Assembly: GCA_965655505.1 (NCBI GenBank)
Contig: CBFHHJ010000001.1
Span: forward strand, 2,134 to 66,133
Length of the DNA: 64,000 nt
DNA from: Luminiphilus sp.
GTDB lineage: Bacteria > Pseudomonadota > Gammaproteobacteria > Pseudomonadales > Halieaceae
Direction of reading: 5' to 3'
The notes beneath the pieces were generated by a model. The model did not search any database, was not told the DNA's origin, and was given only the letters and a program-made list of their open reading frames with translations. Shown here one piece after another: positions 1-13,812 of the stretch. The translations under genes were made by a program, and so were the position numbers. Within the stretch, counting starts at the first letter, position 1; the number at the start of each line of letters is the position of its first letter.

Positions 1-41
1 GTTTTTGCGGGACAAGTTCTCGCAGGACAAGAGTTGGCGAA

Positions 42-407
42 TCATGATTTGGCGAGCTGCTTATCGAGCTTGAGCCATAGGCGGTCGAGCTCGGTGCGGA
101 TGTCTTCGTTTGATAAATCTGCAATGCCTTTGCGAGCAATAAAAACCAAATCTCTTGGATCGCGCAGCGGGTGGCAGCGGAAATACTCTCTAACTTGCCG
201 TTTAATGCGATTGCGTTGAGCAGCGAGGCGAACGTGTTTTTTAGCGACAATCAATCCCAAGCGGGACTGATTGGAGGCTGCATCTAAAGATAACAGCAAC
301 GCGTAACGACAGGACGCTCTCGCCTGATTGCGGTCGAATACCTGCTTGAACTGGTATTGGGTGAGTAAGCGCGATGTACGGGTGAAGGACTGTCCAAAGG
401 AAGCCAT
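42..407 (-). CDS. rnpA: Ribonuclease P protein component
   Basis: RLGLIVAKK...AAQRNRIKRQVRE RNR motif; lies downstream of rpmH; start placed at ATG 407 (ORF extends to 419). Confidence 0.95.
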   Translation of the reverse strand: MASFGQSFTRTSRLLTQYQFKQVFDRNQARASCRYALLLSLDAASNQSRLGLIVAKKHVRLAAQRNRIKRQVREYFRCHPLRDPRDLVFIARKGIADLSNEDIRTELDRLWLKLDKQLAKS

Positions 408-435
408 TGGCAGCCTCAACCCGTTAACTCAAATC

Positions 436-570
436 TTAAGCCGACAGTTTGCGCCGACCGCGGGCTCGACGACGGGCGATAACTTGGCGGCCGCCTTTGG
501 TAGCCATACGAGCACGGAAACCGTGAGTGCGCTTGCGCTTGATAACGCTTGGTTGGAATGTACGTTTCAT
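436..570 (-). CDS. rpmH: 50S ribosomal protein L34
   Basis: Not in ORF track (44 aa); hand translation [44 protein letters not shown]. Confidence 0.98.
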   Translation of the reverse strand: MKRTFQPSVIKRKRTHGFRARMATKGGRQVIARRRARGRRKLSA

Positions 571-611
571 GTCTCAACAACCTACAGTGAGATGGAATCA
601 AAGGGGCGCGG

Positions 612-640
612 AGTATAGAGAGGTCTGAGCATGCTTTCAA
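612..640 (-). promoter_or_regulatory. sigma70 promoter of rpmH-rnpA
   Basis: Minus strand TTGAAA (640-635), 17 nt spacer, TATACT (617-612), followed by GC-rich discriminator CCGCGCCCC. Confidence 0.75.
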
Positions 641-779
641 GCCCGAGGCGGCATAAGTCTTGCGACTTAAAAAAAATAACAATATGTTGATGTGGGCCGT
701 CGCTAACCTATTTGGCCCTGTGTCTGCTGGGCTGTCGCCAGTAGATCGCGGTTAGGTGGTGAACCTGAGCAGAGCTTAT

Positions 780-960
780 CTTAAACATATTAACAGCTTA
801 TACACAGCCTAAGTTAACAGAGGGGTTGAAACTCTACAGATAACTCTATAAGCGGATATTTTTTATTAAGTATTTGTTTTATATATAAAAATAAAGCTTT
901 GCAGTTTCTTTTTATTTGTGGATAACTAAGCCGTTCTCACTGTTAATAAGTTTTACCAGC
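780..960. other. Chromosomal replication origin (oriC) candidate
   Basis: DnaA boxes TTATACACA 798-806 and TGTGGATAA 917-925, 1-mismatch TGTTAATAA 941-949, very AT-rich tract ~856-916, IHF-like site 867-879; lies between rpmH and dnaA. Confidence 0.85.
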
Positions 961-990
961 GCGCAGCGCGCTTGGATTTCGGAGAACACC

Positions 991-2598
991 TTGTCAGTTA
1001 GTCAGTCTAATGCCGATTTTTGGCAGTATTGCCTTACCCGTTTACGGGATGAATTGCCCACCCAACAGTTCAATACTTGGATTCGCCCTCTCCGGGGGGT
1101 CGACAGCGATGAGGGCTTAGTTCTTGGCGCGCCCAATCGCTTCATTCGTGATTTTGTGGAAGACAAATTCGGAGCGATGATTGCTAATTTTTTGCAGGAA
1201 GTGTCAGGGGGCAACGGAATAAGCGTCAGTATTCTAGTGGCCGAGGAACAGCCTGCGTTTCGTAGCAATGCTTACAGTAACCCGGGGAATAACCAAGGTG
1301 CCTCGGCTTCGACGTCTCGCCACAACGATGATTTGCGAGGTATGCCCGAAATGGGGCGCGGCGGGTTGGCTACCGTGACGCCTTTGAATTCTTCGGCAAA
1401 ACTTTCCCCCGAAAGACAGCATGATTTACGTGGTGATTTGCAGGGTTCGCGAGGAGTCGGTGCCGATCAGCATTTTGAGGCGCGAACGTCCTCGCCTGTG
1501 AGCGAGCATCGCCCAGCGCTAGCTGGCCATACAACTGCGTCAAAGCCACCGGTGACTCAGTCGGTGGCGCCCTCTCATCAACACAATCTCGTTGAGGGAT
1601 ATACCTTTTCAAGTTTTGTCGAGGGTAAAAGTAATCAGCTGGCACTGGCTGCCGCCCAACAGGTCGCGGAAAACCCTGGTGACTCCTACAACCCCTTATT
1701 TCTGTATGGGGGCGTAGGTTTGGGTAAAACCCACTTAATGCATGCGGTTGGAAACGCGCTGTTGCGCGATAAGCCTGACGCCAAGATAGTTTATCTGCAC
1801 TCCGAGCGGTTTGTCGCGGACATGGTAAAGGCCTTGCAGTTGAATGCGATCACTGAGTTCAAGCGTTACTACCGATCTGTTGATGCGTTGTTGATTGACG
1901 ATATTCAGTTTTTTGCCAACAAAGACCGCTCACAAGAGGAGTTTTTCCATACGTTTAACGCGTTACTCGAAGGGGGCCAGCAGATGATCCTCACCTGTGA
2001 TCGTTATCCGAAGGAAATAAATGGCCTCGAGGAGCGTTTAAAGTCGCGATTTGGCTGGGGTTTGACGGTTGCTGTCGAGCCTCCCGAGTTAGAAACCCGA
2101 GTCGCAATTCTCATGAAGAAAGCCGAGCAGTCAAATATTGATCTTGCGCCGGAGTCTGCTTTTTTTATCGCCCAGCGTATCCGGTCAAACGTTAGAGAGC
2201 TCGAGGGAGCATTAAAGCGAGTAATTGCCAGCGCCAACTTTACTGGCCGGCCGCTGGATATTGAGCTCATCAAAGATAGTCTCAAAGATCTTTTGGCGCT
2301 ACAGGACAAGCAGATTAGCCTCGATAACATCAAGCTAACCGCCGCTGAATATTACAAGATTAAAGTATCAGATTTGCTGTCAAAGCGGCGCAGTCGGTCG
2401 ATTGCGAGGCCCCGCCAGATGGCGATGGCCCTGGCAAAGGAACTCACAAATTACAGTCTTCCTGAGATTGGTGATGCTTTTGGTGGTCGAGACCACACGA
2501 CAGTGCTTCACGCTTGTCGTAAGATTAAGGAACTTCGTGAAACGAGTTCCGATATTCGCGAGGATTACAAGAATCTACTGCGCTCATTGACGACCTGA
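991..2598 (+). CDS. dnaA: Chromosomal replication initiator DnaA
   Basis: QFNTWIRPL domain [11 protein letters not shown] Walker [15 protein letters not shown] domain IV; TTG 991 follows a GGAG SD (ORF-track start 916 falls in oriC). Confidence 0.98.
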   Translation: MSVSQSNADFWQYCLTRLRDELPTQQFNTWIRPLRGVDSDEGLVLGAPNRFIRDFVEDKFGAMIANFLQEVSGGNGISVSILVAEEQPAFRSNAYSNPGNNQGASASTSRHNDDLRGMPEMGRGGLATVTPLNSSAKLSPERQHDLRGDLQGSRGVGADQHFEARTSSPVSEHRPALAGHTTASKPPVTQSVAPSHQHNLVEGYTFSSFVEGKSNQLALAAAQQVAENPGDSYNPLFLYGGVGLGKTHLMHAVGNALLRDKPDAKIVYLHSERFVADMVKALQLNAITEFKRYYRSVDALLIDDIQFFANKDRSQEEFFHTFNALLEGGQQMILTCDRYPKEINGLEERLKSRFGWGLTVAVEPPELETRVAILMKKAEQSNIDLAPESAFFIAQRIRSNVRELEGALKRVIASANFTGRPLDIELIKDSLKDLLALQDKQISLDNIKLTAAEYYKIKVSDLLSKRRSRSIARPRQMAMALAKELTNYSLPEIGDAFGGRDHTTVLHACRKIKELRETSSDIREDYKNLLRSLTT

Positions 2599-2649
2599 CA
2601 GTCAGGTGTTTTGGGCGCGAGCTGTCTTTAGCTTGGAGCGACCCGGATA

Positions 2650-3747
2650 ATGAAATTTAGTATTTCGCGCGATGCATTAATCAAACCTCTCAATTTGGTG
2701 GCTGGCGTCGTTGAACGGCGTCAAACCCTTCCGATTTTGTCTAATGTGTTACTGAGCCTTGAGGGCAAGCAGCTGGCATTGACGGGTACCGACCTGGAAG
2801 TCGAACTGGTCGGTCGGGTTGAGTTGGATGTCGAAGGAGTCGACGGCGACGTGACGGTGCCAGCCAGAAAGCTGGTAGATATCTGCAAGTCGTTACCGGA
2901 TAGTTCTGTTATAGAATTCTCTGTAGAAGGCGGGAAAGCTACTGTTAAAGCGGGCCGCAGCCGATTTACCCTATCTACGTTACCGGCCTCTGAGTTTCCG
3001 TCGGTTGAAGAGGGAGCCGGCGAGCTCGCCATGGAGCTACCGCAGGCGGTGGTTAAGCGGCTGATCGATCGCACGGCGTTCGCGATGGCGCAACAGGATG
3101 TTCGCTACTACTTAAATGGCATGCTGCTCGAATTGAAGTCGGGACGGTTGCGTATGGTGGCGACCGACGGTCATCGCTTGGCCTTATGCACCGCACCCGA
3201 CCCCGTTGATGCGGGTGATGCAACAGTAATTGTTCCCCGCAAAGGAGTGTTGGAACTGGCGCGTCTGCTTGAGGGTGATGAAAACGTACGTTTAGTGATT
3301 GGCAGTAACCACGTTCGAGCAGCAAATCGCCAATTTACGTTTACCTCAAAGTTGGTTGATGGGAAGTTCCCCGAATATGAACGGGTTCTGCCGAAATCAC
3401 CCGACAAGTCGGTGATTGGTAATCGTCTCGAGTTGAAGCAGGCGTTTACACGAACGGCTATTTTGTCTAATGAAAAATACCGTGGTGTTCGCTTAAAGCT
3501 GAGCACCGACAGCTTGGAAATCACCGCGAATAACCCCGAGCAGGAGCAGGCAGAAGAAGTGGTTACCGTGGAATATCAGGGCACCGAGCTCGAAGTTGGC
3601 TTTAATGTGAGTTACCTGCTTGATGTGCTGTCGGTTCTGAACGGTGATCGAGTTCGCTTGTCCCTGGCAGATTCGGCAAGTAGCGCACTGGTTGAAGAGG
3701 CCGACGGTGGTGATTCGGTCTATGTTGTTATGCCGATGAGGCTGTGA
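2650..3747 (+). CDS. dnaN: DNA polymerase III beta sliding clamp
   Basis: LPILSNVLL, QDVRYYLNG, ATDGHRL, C-terminal VVMPMRL. Confidence 0.98.
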   Translation: MKFSISRDALIKPLNLVAGVVERRQTLPILSNVLLSLEGKQLALTGTDLEVELVGRVELDVEGVDGDVTVPARKLVDICKSLPDSSVIEFSVEGGKATVKAGRSRFTLSTLPASEFPSVEEGAGELAMELPQAVVKRLIDRTAFAMAQQDVRYYLNGMLLELKSGRLRMVATDGHRLALCTAPDPVDAGDATVIVPRKGVLELARLLEGDENVRLVIGSNHVRAANRQFTFTSKLVDGKFPEYERVLPKSPDKSVIGNRLELKQAFTRTAILSNEKYRGVRLKLSTDSLEITANNPEQEQAEEVVTVEYQGTELEVGFNVSYLLDVLSVLNGDRVRLSLADSASSALVEEADGGDSVYVVMPMRL

Positions 3748-3790
3748 GCCCACAATTTCCGCCACACCCAGCGTAAGTGATAACAAGTCG

Positions 3791-7341
<3,551 letters not shown>

Positions 7342-7416
7342 TTAGCACTCAGTTGATGCTTGCACGGCAATAGAGGCTGTGGTTGAGAGCTGACACTACT
7401 GGTATTCCGCCGAGTT

Positions 7417-8814
7417 CTATTCCTCAGCTTCTTTGTTATCGGTTGCGCCGGTCGCAATGCTTAAATGATGGGCGTCGGTTTCCGGCGCCAGCGACGCGAG
7501 TTGGTCGGGAAATGTCTTATTCGCCCGCTGGCTGAGTTGCTGAAACCGCTCGACCTTGCCGTGCAGCCCCTGACGACCAACGATCGCGGTCACCGTGTCG
7601 TTGTATTTTTTGGTTGTTGTCTGCAGAGAGCTGCCCAGGGTTTGTAAGCGATCGGCAATTAGACATACCGAATTGAAGATATCCCCCGCACGTTCGCTGA
7701 TCTCACGGGCTTCGGCGTTACTCCGCTCCACCATCCACAGGTTCGCCACCGTGCGCAGAATCGGCATCAGCGTGGTGTGAGACACCATGACGACGCCTTT
7801 CTGGTAGCCATAATTGAACAGATCACGGTGGTGCCGCATCACCTCGATGTAGGCGGGCTCAACGGGCATAAACATGAGCACAAAGTCTGGGCTCGCCATG
7901 CCGGGCAGCTGCGCATAGTCCTTTGCCGATAGGCTATCGATGTGATTTTTGACGGCGGTTCCATGCCGATTGAGCGCAGCTTCCCGAAGACTGTCATCCT
8001 CCGCGGATATCGCGGTTTCGTAGTCAATCAGTGAGACTTTGCTGTCAATGACAAGGTTTTTTCCTTCGGGCAATTTAATGACAAAGTCGGGTAAAAACCG
8101 TTGCCCCGACTCGTCTTTGAAGCTTGCTTGGGTTTCGTAATGCTCGCCGGGCCTTAAGCCTGCCAATTCCAGCGTGCGTTCGAGCTGCACTTCGCCCCAG
8201 TTGCCCACGAGCTTCTTGTCACCCTTTAGCGCGCGGGTGAGGTTGGTCGCGTCGCTGCTGATGGCAAGACCGACACGCTCAAGCCCACGAATCTGTTCGC
8301 TGAGCGCCGAGGAATTTTTAACCATGTCACCATGAACTTGATTGACTCGGTGCTGAAAACCCTCGATTTTCTCGCTCAGGGGTTTGAGAATCGCCCCAAT
8401 ACTCTCTTGGTTTTTTTCACGAAGCTCTTTGTCGCGGGCGTTTAAGAACTCGCGACTGAGGTTTTCAAACTCGCTACGGAGTTGGCCGCGGCTGCCCTCG
8501 AACTGTTTGATTTGCTCCCGAAGGCTCCGCTCGCGCTCCTCACTTCTTGCTTCCTCGGCGCTTAAACGTGCAATCAGTGCCTGGTGTTCCTGCTGCAGAG
8601 CTGCCAGCTGGTCGGCGATACGTTGGCGCTCGTTGTCCAACGTACCTAATGAGGCATTAACGTTGTCTCGCTGCTGCTGCAGATCCGCGAAATCGGATTT
8701 AAGCTGCTTGCCTTGGGCAGATGCGTACAGCCAAAAAACCGTACCCGAAATCACGCTACCCAGCGCAGCGCCTGCCGCTAGGAGCTCAACCGGGCTAAGG
8801 CTCTCAAGGTTCAT
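7417..8814 (-). CDS. rmuC: DNA recombination protein RmuC
   Basis: N-terminal TM plus coiled coil, GNWGE..LE, PD...IDSKVSL nuclease-like motifs, FVLMFMPVE. Confidence 0.9.
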   Translation of the reverse strand: MNLESLSPVELLAAGAALGSVISGTVFWLYASAQGKQLKSDFADLQQQRDNVNASLGTLDNERQRIADQLAALQQEHQALIARLSAEEARSEERERSLREQIKQFEGSRGQLRSEFENLSREFLNARDKELREKNQESIGAILKPLSEKIEGFQHRVNQVHGDMVKNSSALSEQIRGLERVGLAISSDATNLTRALKGDKKLVGNWGEVQLERTLELAGLRPGEHYETQASFKDESGQRFLPDFVIKLPEGKNLVIDSKVSLIDYETAISAEDDSLREAALNRHGTAVKNHIDSLSAKDYAQLPGMASPDFVLMFMPVEPAYIEVMRHHRDLFNYGYQKGVVMVSHTTLMPILRTVANLWMVERSNAEAREISERAGDIFNSVCLIADRLQTLGSSLQTTTKKYNDTVTAIVGRQGLHGKVERFQQLSQRANKTFPDQLASLAPETDAHHLSIATGATDNKEAEE

Positions 8815-10925
8815 CCGTTTCCGTAGCTGAGCTGGGCAATATCGGCGATGCTGATGAACAGTGCTCTCAGCGCAGCGAGTAAGCGGTAGCGATTGAGTTT
8901 TTGTGCCGGGTCCTCGGCATTGACCATAACTTGATCAAAAAACGAATCAATCGGCTGACGTAATTCGGAGAGCACTGCGAGTGCTGCCGCGTAGTCCCCG
9001 GTCTCCAGCTTGGGCGCCATTTGCTGCTTGGCCCCTGTAAGTGCGTCGAACAGTTGGGCTTCGGCCGCTTCGGTAAACAGCGCAGGGTCGGGTTCGCCGC
9101 TAACGGGGTTTTCTGACTTTGCCAGGATGTTGGCTACGCGCTTGTTTGCAGCAGCTAACGCTTCGGCCGCTTCTGTCTTGGCAAAGACTTGCAGTGCCTG
9201 AACTCGCTTATCGATTTCTGACGGTGCTGTGAGTCCTGTCGCGGTGACGGCGCGCAGCACGTCCACCCCAATTGATTGGTCTTCGTACAGGGCCCGTAAC
9301 CGCTCGAGGCTATAGTCGGTTACCGCGGCTGCGGTATTCTTATCAAGGCTGCCGCTTGGATAGCTTGCAACGGCTTGTTCAGCCAACTGTCGAAGGTCAA
9401 GGTCATGGCCACGCTCAATCAAAATGCGCAGGACGGCGAGTGCTGCACGCCGTAAACCAAAGGGGTCCTTTGAGCCCGTTGGCGTTTGTCCGATACCAAA
9501 AATGCCCGCCAGAGTGTCGAGGCGATCCGCGAGAGCAACAGCGGCGGCCTCGGGTGTGCTGGGTAGCGCGTCGCCGGCTTGCTTTGGCCAGTAGTGTTGC
9601 TCGATTGCGGTGACTACCTGTGCGGGCTCTCCATCATTCTTGGCATAGTGAGCGCCCGCTATTCCTTGAAGTTCCGGAAATTCAAGAACCATATCGGAAA
9701 CAAGATCGCACTTAGCGAGAGCTGCGGCCCGGGTTGCTGCCACAGGATCTGCCCCTAGAGATTCAGATAGCTGTTCTGTCAGCCCTACCATCCGTTGCTG
9801 TTTATCAGCGAGGCTGCCTAGCTTGTGCTGAAACACCACGCCAGCAAGGCGCTCGGTGCGCGCTGCGAGCGGTGTTTGTTTATCCGTCTCAAAGAAGAAC
9901 GCCGCGTCGCTCAATCGGGGGCGAATAACCCGTTCATTACCTGATATGACGGTGGCAGGATTGACGCTTTCAATGTTGGCGATGGTAATAAACTTAGGCA
10001 ACAAGTTGCCTTCGTGATCCACCAGATGAAAATACTTTTGGTGCTCGCGCATGGAAGAGATTAACGCCTCTTGCGGTACGTTTAAGAACTCTTCAGCAAA
10101 ACTGCCGGCCAACGCCACGGGCCATTCCACTAGGCCGGTCACTTCGTCGAGCAGGTCGTCGCCAATGACGGGCACACCGTTGACTTCGCGTGCTACCGCT
10201 TCGACTTGATTCCGGATAAGTTCACGCCTTTCCTGATAATCCACCACAACATTTGCCGCACGCATCGCGGCTAAGTAATCACTGGGTGCTTTAAGAGATA
10301 CCAAGTCCGGGTGGTGAAAGCGGTGGCCCGGAGAGGTGTCGCCGGCCTTCAAACCAAATAAGGTAACGGGCAGAACCTGATCGCCCAGTAGGGCAACCAG
10401 CCACTGCACAGGCCTTAAAAATTCGTGTCTCTCTCGCCCCCAGCGCATACGTTTCGCCACGGGGATACCCGCGACAGCGTCACTGATCAATTCGGGCAGA
10501 GCGTCGGCTGCGATCGCACCAGGCTCGGTGCGGGTTAACCCGAGGCGAAGCCCTTTGTCGGTTTCGATCTGCTGTAGTTCATCGACCGTTACACCCTGTT
10601 TGCGAGCAAATCCTTGTGCAGCCGGTGTCCAGTTCCCGTCTTTGTCGGTTGCTGCTGCGACCGGAGGTCCCAGTATCTCGGTTTCACGATCGGGAGCACG
10701 AGGGACTAAACCCGATACGAGTACGGCTAGACGTCGAGGCGTTGCAAACCATGCTGCGCTCGCAAAGCTTAGCCCACGGTCTGTTAGGCCTTGGCAAATC
10801 CCTTGATGAAGGGCTTCGGCCATCGTCGTTAGCGGTCCCGCGGGCAGTTCTTCACATCCCAACTCGAAGAGTAGGTCGAGTGCTTCGTCGGCAGCGATTA
10901 TGTCGTTCATCACGGTGTTGCTCAT
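8811..10925 (-). CDS. glyS: Glycine--tRNA ligase beta subunit
   Basis: [35 protein letters not shown]. Confidence 0.97.
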   Translation of the reverse strand: MSNTVMNDIIAADEALDLLFELGCEELPAGPLTTMAEALHQGICQGLTDRGLSFASAAWFATPRRLAVLVSGLVPRAPDRETEILGPPVAAATDKDGNWTPAAQGFARKQGVTVDELQQIETDKGLRLGLTRTEPGAIAADALPELISDAVAGIPVAKRMRWGRERHEFLRPVQWLVALLGDQVLPVTLFGLKAGDTSPGHRFHHPDLVSLKAPSDYLAAMRAANVVVDYQERRELIRNQVEAVAREVNGVPVIGDDLLDEVTGLVEWPVALAGSFAEEFLNVPQEALISSMREHQKYFHLVDHEGNLLPKFITIANIESVNPATVISGNERVIRPRLSDAAFFFETDKQTPLAARTERLAGVVFQHKLGSLADKQQRMVGLTEQLSESLGADPVAATRAAALAKCDLVSDMVLEFPELQGIAGAHYAKNDGEPAQVVTAIEQHYWPKQAGDALPSTPEAAAVALADRLDTLAGIFGIGQTPTGSKDPFGLRRAALAVLRILIERGHDLDLRQLAEQAVASYPSGSLDKNTAAAVTDYSLERLRALYEDQSIGVDVLRAVTATGLTAPSEIDKRVQALQVFAKTEAAEALAAANKRVANILAKSENPVSGEPDPALFTEAAEAQLFDALTGAKQQMAPKLETGDYAAALAVLSELRQPIDSFFDQVMVNAEDPAQKLNRYRLLAALRALFISIADIAQLSYGNG

Positions 10926-11845
10926 GACAAAGCCTCCAGCGCCTGAGCACGTAGGTCGGCGTCAGCTTGCGGGAAACCCAGTGCGGCTCGTGCAGCGTAA
11001 TAGGATTCTGCGACGGCTTTCGCCAGGGTACGCACGCGCAAAATGTATCGCTGTCGCTCGGTTACACCAATCGCGTGGCGGGCGTCGAGTAAGTTGAACG
11101 CGTGGGACGCCTTCATCACATGCTCGTAGGCGGGCAAAGGTAGCCCTTTTTCGACTAAGCGCAGTGCTTCGCGTTCGCAAAAGTCAAAGGTTGCGAAGAG
11201 TTGGTCGGTGTCGGCCTCTTGAAAATTGTAGGTCGACATTTCCACCTCGTTTTGGTGGAAAACATCACCGTAGGTGACAGGACCGGCGGGCGTCTGCGCC
11301 CAAATCAGGTCATACACAGATTCCACACCTTGAAGATACATAGCAATGCGCTCAAGGCCGTAAGTAATCTCACCTGTCACCGGCAAGCACTCAATGCCGC
11401 CGGCCTGCTGGAAATACGTGAACTGGCTCACTTCCATTCCGTTGAGCCAGACTTCCCAGCCCAGTCCCCAGGCTCCCAAAGTGGGCGACTCCCAGTTGTC
11501 TTCTACAAACCGTACGTCGTGTTCTAGCGGGTCGACGCCGAGTGCTTTCAGGCTATCGAGATACAGTTCCTGAAAATCCGCCGGGCTGGGCTTCATGACC
11601 ACTTGAAACTGATAGTAGTGCTGTAAACGGTTGGGATTCTCGCCGTAGCGACCATCTGCTGGACGGCGGCTGGGCTGCACGTAAGCGGCATTCCAGTTTT
11701 CTGGGCCAATGGCACGTAGAAACGTCGCAGGATGGAAGGTGCCGGCACCAACCTCCATGTCGAGGGGTTGTAAAATGACGCAGCCATGGCTGCCCCAGAA
11801 ACTCTGCAAGCGCAGAATCAACTCTTGAAATGTTTCGGGAATCAC
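10922..11845 (-). CDS. glyQ: Glycine--tRNA ligase alpha subunit
   Basis: [34 protein letters not shown]; start set to GTG 11845 (ORF track over-extends to 11980). Confidence 0.97.
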   Translation of the reverse strand: MIPETFQELILRLQSFWGSHGCVILQPLDMEVGAGTFHPATFLRAIGPENWNAAYVQPSRRPADGRYGENPNRLQHYYQFQVVMKPSPADFQELYLDSLKALGVDPLEHDVRFVEDNWESPTLGAWGLGWEVWLNGMEVSQFTYFQQAGGIECLPVTGEITYGLERIAMYLQGVESVYDLIWAQTPAGPVTYGDVFHQNEVEMSTYNFQEADTDQLFATFDFCEREALRLVEKGLPLPAYEHVMKASHAFNLLDARHAIGVTERQRYILRVRTLAKAVAESYYAARAALGFPQADADLRAQALEALS

Positions 11846-11955
11846 ACTGAGGTCCAGAAAAGACGGGTTTAAGTGTTTAGTATACCCGTGAAGGCGGCGG
11901 CATAATAAATGTAGCGCATAGGTAGTTGGAATATTCCCCTTGGAACACCAAAAAA

Positions 11956-12891
11956 ATGACTGATTTCCGCGAGCGTGCACTATCGCTGGCTATTCGGACC
12001 CTGCTCTGGCTTTGCTCGCGGCTGCCGCTTGAGTGGGCGAGGGGCTTGGGTCGGTGGGCCGGGCGGCGCTATTGGGCATTGGACACCCGCGGTCGGCGTG
12101 TAGCGGAACGCAATATTGCGCTCGCTTATCCTGATTTGACCGCCGACGAGCAAGATTGTCTCGTCCGGGCCACTCTCGAGGAAACCGGCGCGCTCACAGC
12201 GGAAATGGGCCATGTCTGGATGCGACCCTGGAAAGACACGCAGGCGCTAATACTCGAGGTCGAGGGAGAATCTCAGGTCAGGGCCGCCCTCAATTCAGGC
12301 CGGGGCGTCATTGTTCTGGGCCCCCATTTGGGAAACTGGGAGGTACTCGGGCTCCATTTAGCAACCCTTGGGGATATGGTGGCGCTGTTTGAGCCGCCTA
12401 AAATAGCGAGTCTCGGCCCGCTTGTTCAGTTTGCCCGGGAACGCAGCGGAGGCCAGTTGGTGCCCACCACGCCCCGAGGGCTCGCGGCACTGGTGAAAAG
12501 CGTGAAGCGCGGCGGTATCTCGGGTATTTTGCCTGACCAGGTGCCGGATTCGGACAATGGCGGCTTGAACGTACCTTTTATGGGCGTGCCTTGTGCGACC
12601 GCATCGCTGGGTGTGAATATGGTGAATCGCTCAGGTGCGGTCGCGTTTATGGGCGCCGCGTTTCGAGTTCCCGGTGGTTTTCGGGTCTGTTATGTACCCG
12701 CCCCTGACTCGCTGTACAGCGATGATCCAGAACAAGCGCTGACCTCGATGAATGACGCCGTAGAGCAGTTGCTGCGAGGTCGAGATGCACAGTACCAGTG
12801 GCTCTATAAGCGGTTCCGGTGTCGACCCAAAGGTGAGATCGATCACTACCGGAACTTGAAAGCGCCTCGCGGGTTGGAGGCCGAGAAATGA
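11956..12891 (+). CDS. Lipid A / lysophospholipid acyltransferase (LpxL/HtrB family)
   Basis: PHLGNWE and ILPDQ motifs, QYQWLYKRF end; divergent from glyQ. Confidence 0.85.
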   Translation: MTDFRERALSLAIRTLLWLCSRLPLEWARGLGRWAGRRYWALDTRGRRVAERNIALAYPDLTADEQDCLVRATLEETGALTAEMGHVWMRPWKDTQALILEVEGESQVRAALNSGRGVIVLGPHLGNWEVLGLHLATLGDMVALFEPPKIASLGPLVQFARERSGGQLVPTTPRGLAALVKSVKRGGISGILPDQVPDSDNGGLNVPFMGVPCATASLGVNMVNRSGAVAFMGAAFRVPGGFRVCYVPAPDSLYSDDPEQALTSMNDAVEQLLRGRDAQYQWLYKRFRCRPKGEIDHYRNLKAPRGLEAEK

Positions 12892-12961
12892 AGAGATATG
12901 AAGGGGTCTTGTGCGACGAGTGCGGCCCTAACAACAAGCCAATCGGTTCAAAGGTGGTGAA

Positions 12962-13777
12962 ATGATTAAGCACTTCGCCGGCAAACTCATTGCCGGTCTG
13001 ATCGGTTTTATTACCTTAGGCCCTGTTGGTCTGCTCTTTGGTTTGGCGATTGGTCACGCATTTGATCGGGGCCTTTGGCAGGCCTTACAGGCTGCAAGCC
13101 CCGATGCACTAGCAGCGGTTCAGCGACAGTTTTTTGATACTACGTTTACCCTGCTGGGCTACGTCGCAAAGGCCGACGGCCGTGTGAGTGAAGCCGAAGT
13201 CGCCCAGGCAGAAGCACTGTTTCGACAGCTGCGTTTAAATCCAGCTCAGCGCCAATCCGCAATCCTTCGATTTAAAGAGGGCTCCCAAGCCGGATTTGAC
13301 CCAGAGCCGACGGTTGCCGCGTTTGCCCAAAAGGTCGGCGCTCGGCGTCAGGTACAACAGACACTCTTTGCATTCCTCGCTTCGATGGCGCTGGCCGATG
13401 GGAGCTTGCATGAGCCTGAGCGGGAGGCATTGCACCGGATCGCCAACCTGCTGGGTGTGCCCGCTGCAGAGGTGGATCGTCTCGTTTCCATGATCTCTGC
13501 TCAGTCGCGATTTCATCAGGGGCGCGCCGGCTCAGCCGGCAGCAGCTTCGGTCAGGCGCCCCGGGATCAGCTGGCGGATGCCTATCAGGCTTTAGGCGTG
13601 GAAAGCTCGGTTTCCGATGACGCGATCAAGAAAGCGTACCGCAAACTTATGAGCGAAAATCACCCCGACAAATTGATTGCCAAGGGCGTGCCGGATGATT
13701 TGATCAAACTGGCCACCGAGCGATCCGCAGAAATTTCCACTGCTTACCAGGTGATTCGCGAAGCACGTGGAATGTAG
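12962..13777 (+). CDS. djlA: Co-chaperone DjlA
   Basis: N-terminal TM (GLAIGHAFD), TerB-like KADGRVSEAE, C-terminal J domain with HPDKL. Confidence 0.92.
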   Translation: MIKHFAGKLIAGLIGFITLGPVGLLFGLAIGHAFDRGLWQALQAASPDALAAVQRQFFDTTFTLLGYVAKADGRVSEAEVAQAEALFRQLRLNPAQRQSAILRFKEGSQAGFDPEPTVAAFAQKVGARRQVQQTLFAFLASMALADGSLHEPEREALHRIANLLGVPAAEVDRLVSMISAQSRFHQGRAGSAGSSFGQAPRDQLADAYQALGVESSVSDDAIKKAYRKLMSENHPDKLIAKGVPDDLIKLATERSAEISTAYQVIREARGM

Positions 13778-13812
13778 CCGGTAGGCAGCACGGTGATCGC
13801 AAGCGCGCAGCA

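Noticed and set aside
1-45. ATG at 45 (-) overlapping the rnpA stop as a possible yidD start
   Set aside because: Only 15 codons are visible (MIRQLLSCENLSRKN), there is no YidD motif, and the stretch is a tandem repeat; cannot be supported.
916-990. ORF-track N-terminal extension of DnaA
   Set aside because: It overlaps DnaA boxes, and an SD-supported TTG at 991 gives a normal domain I.
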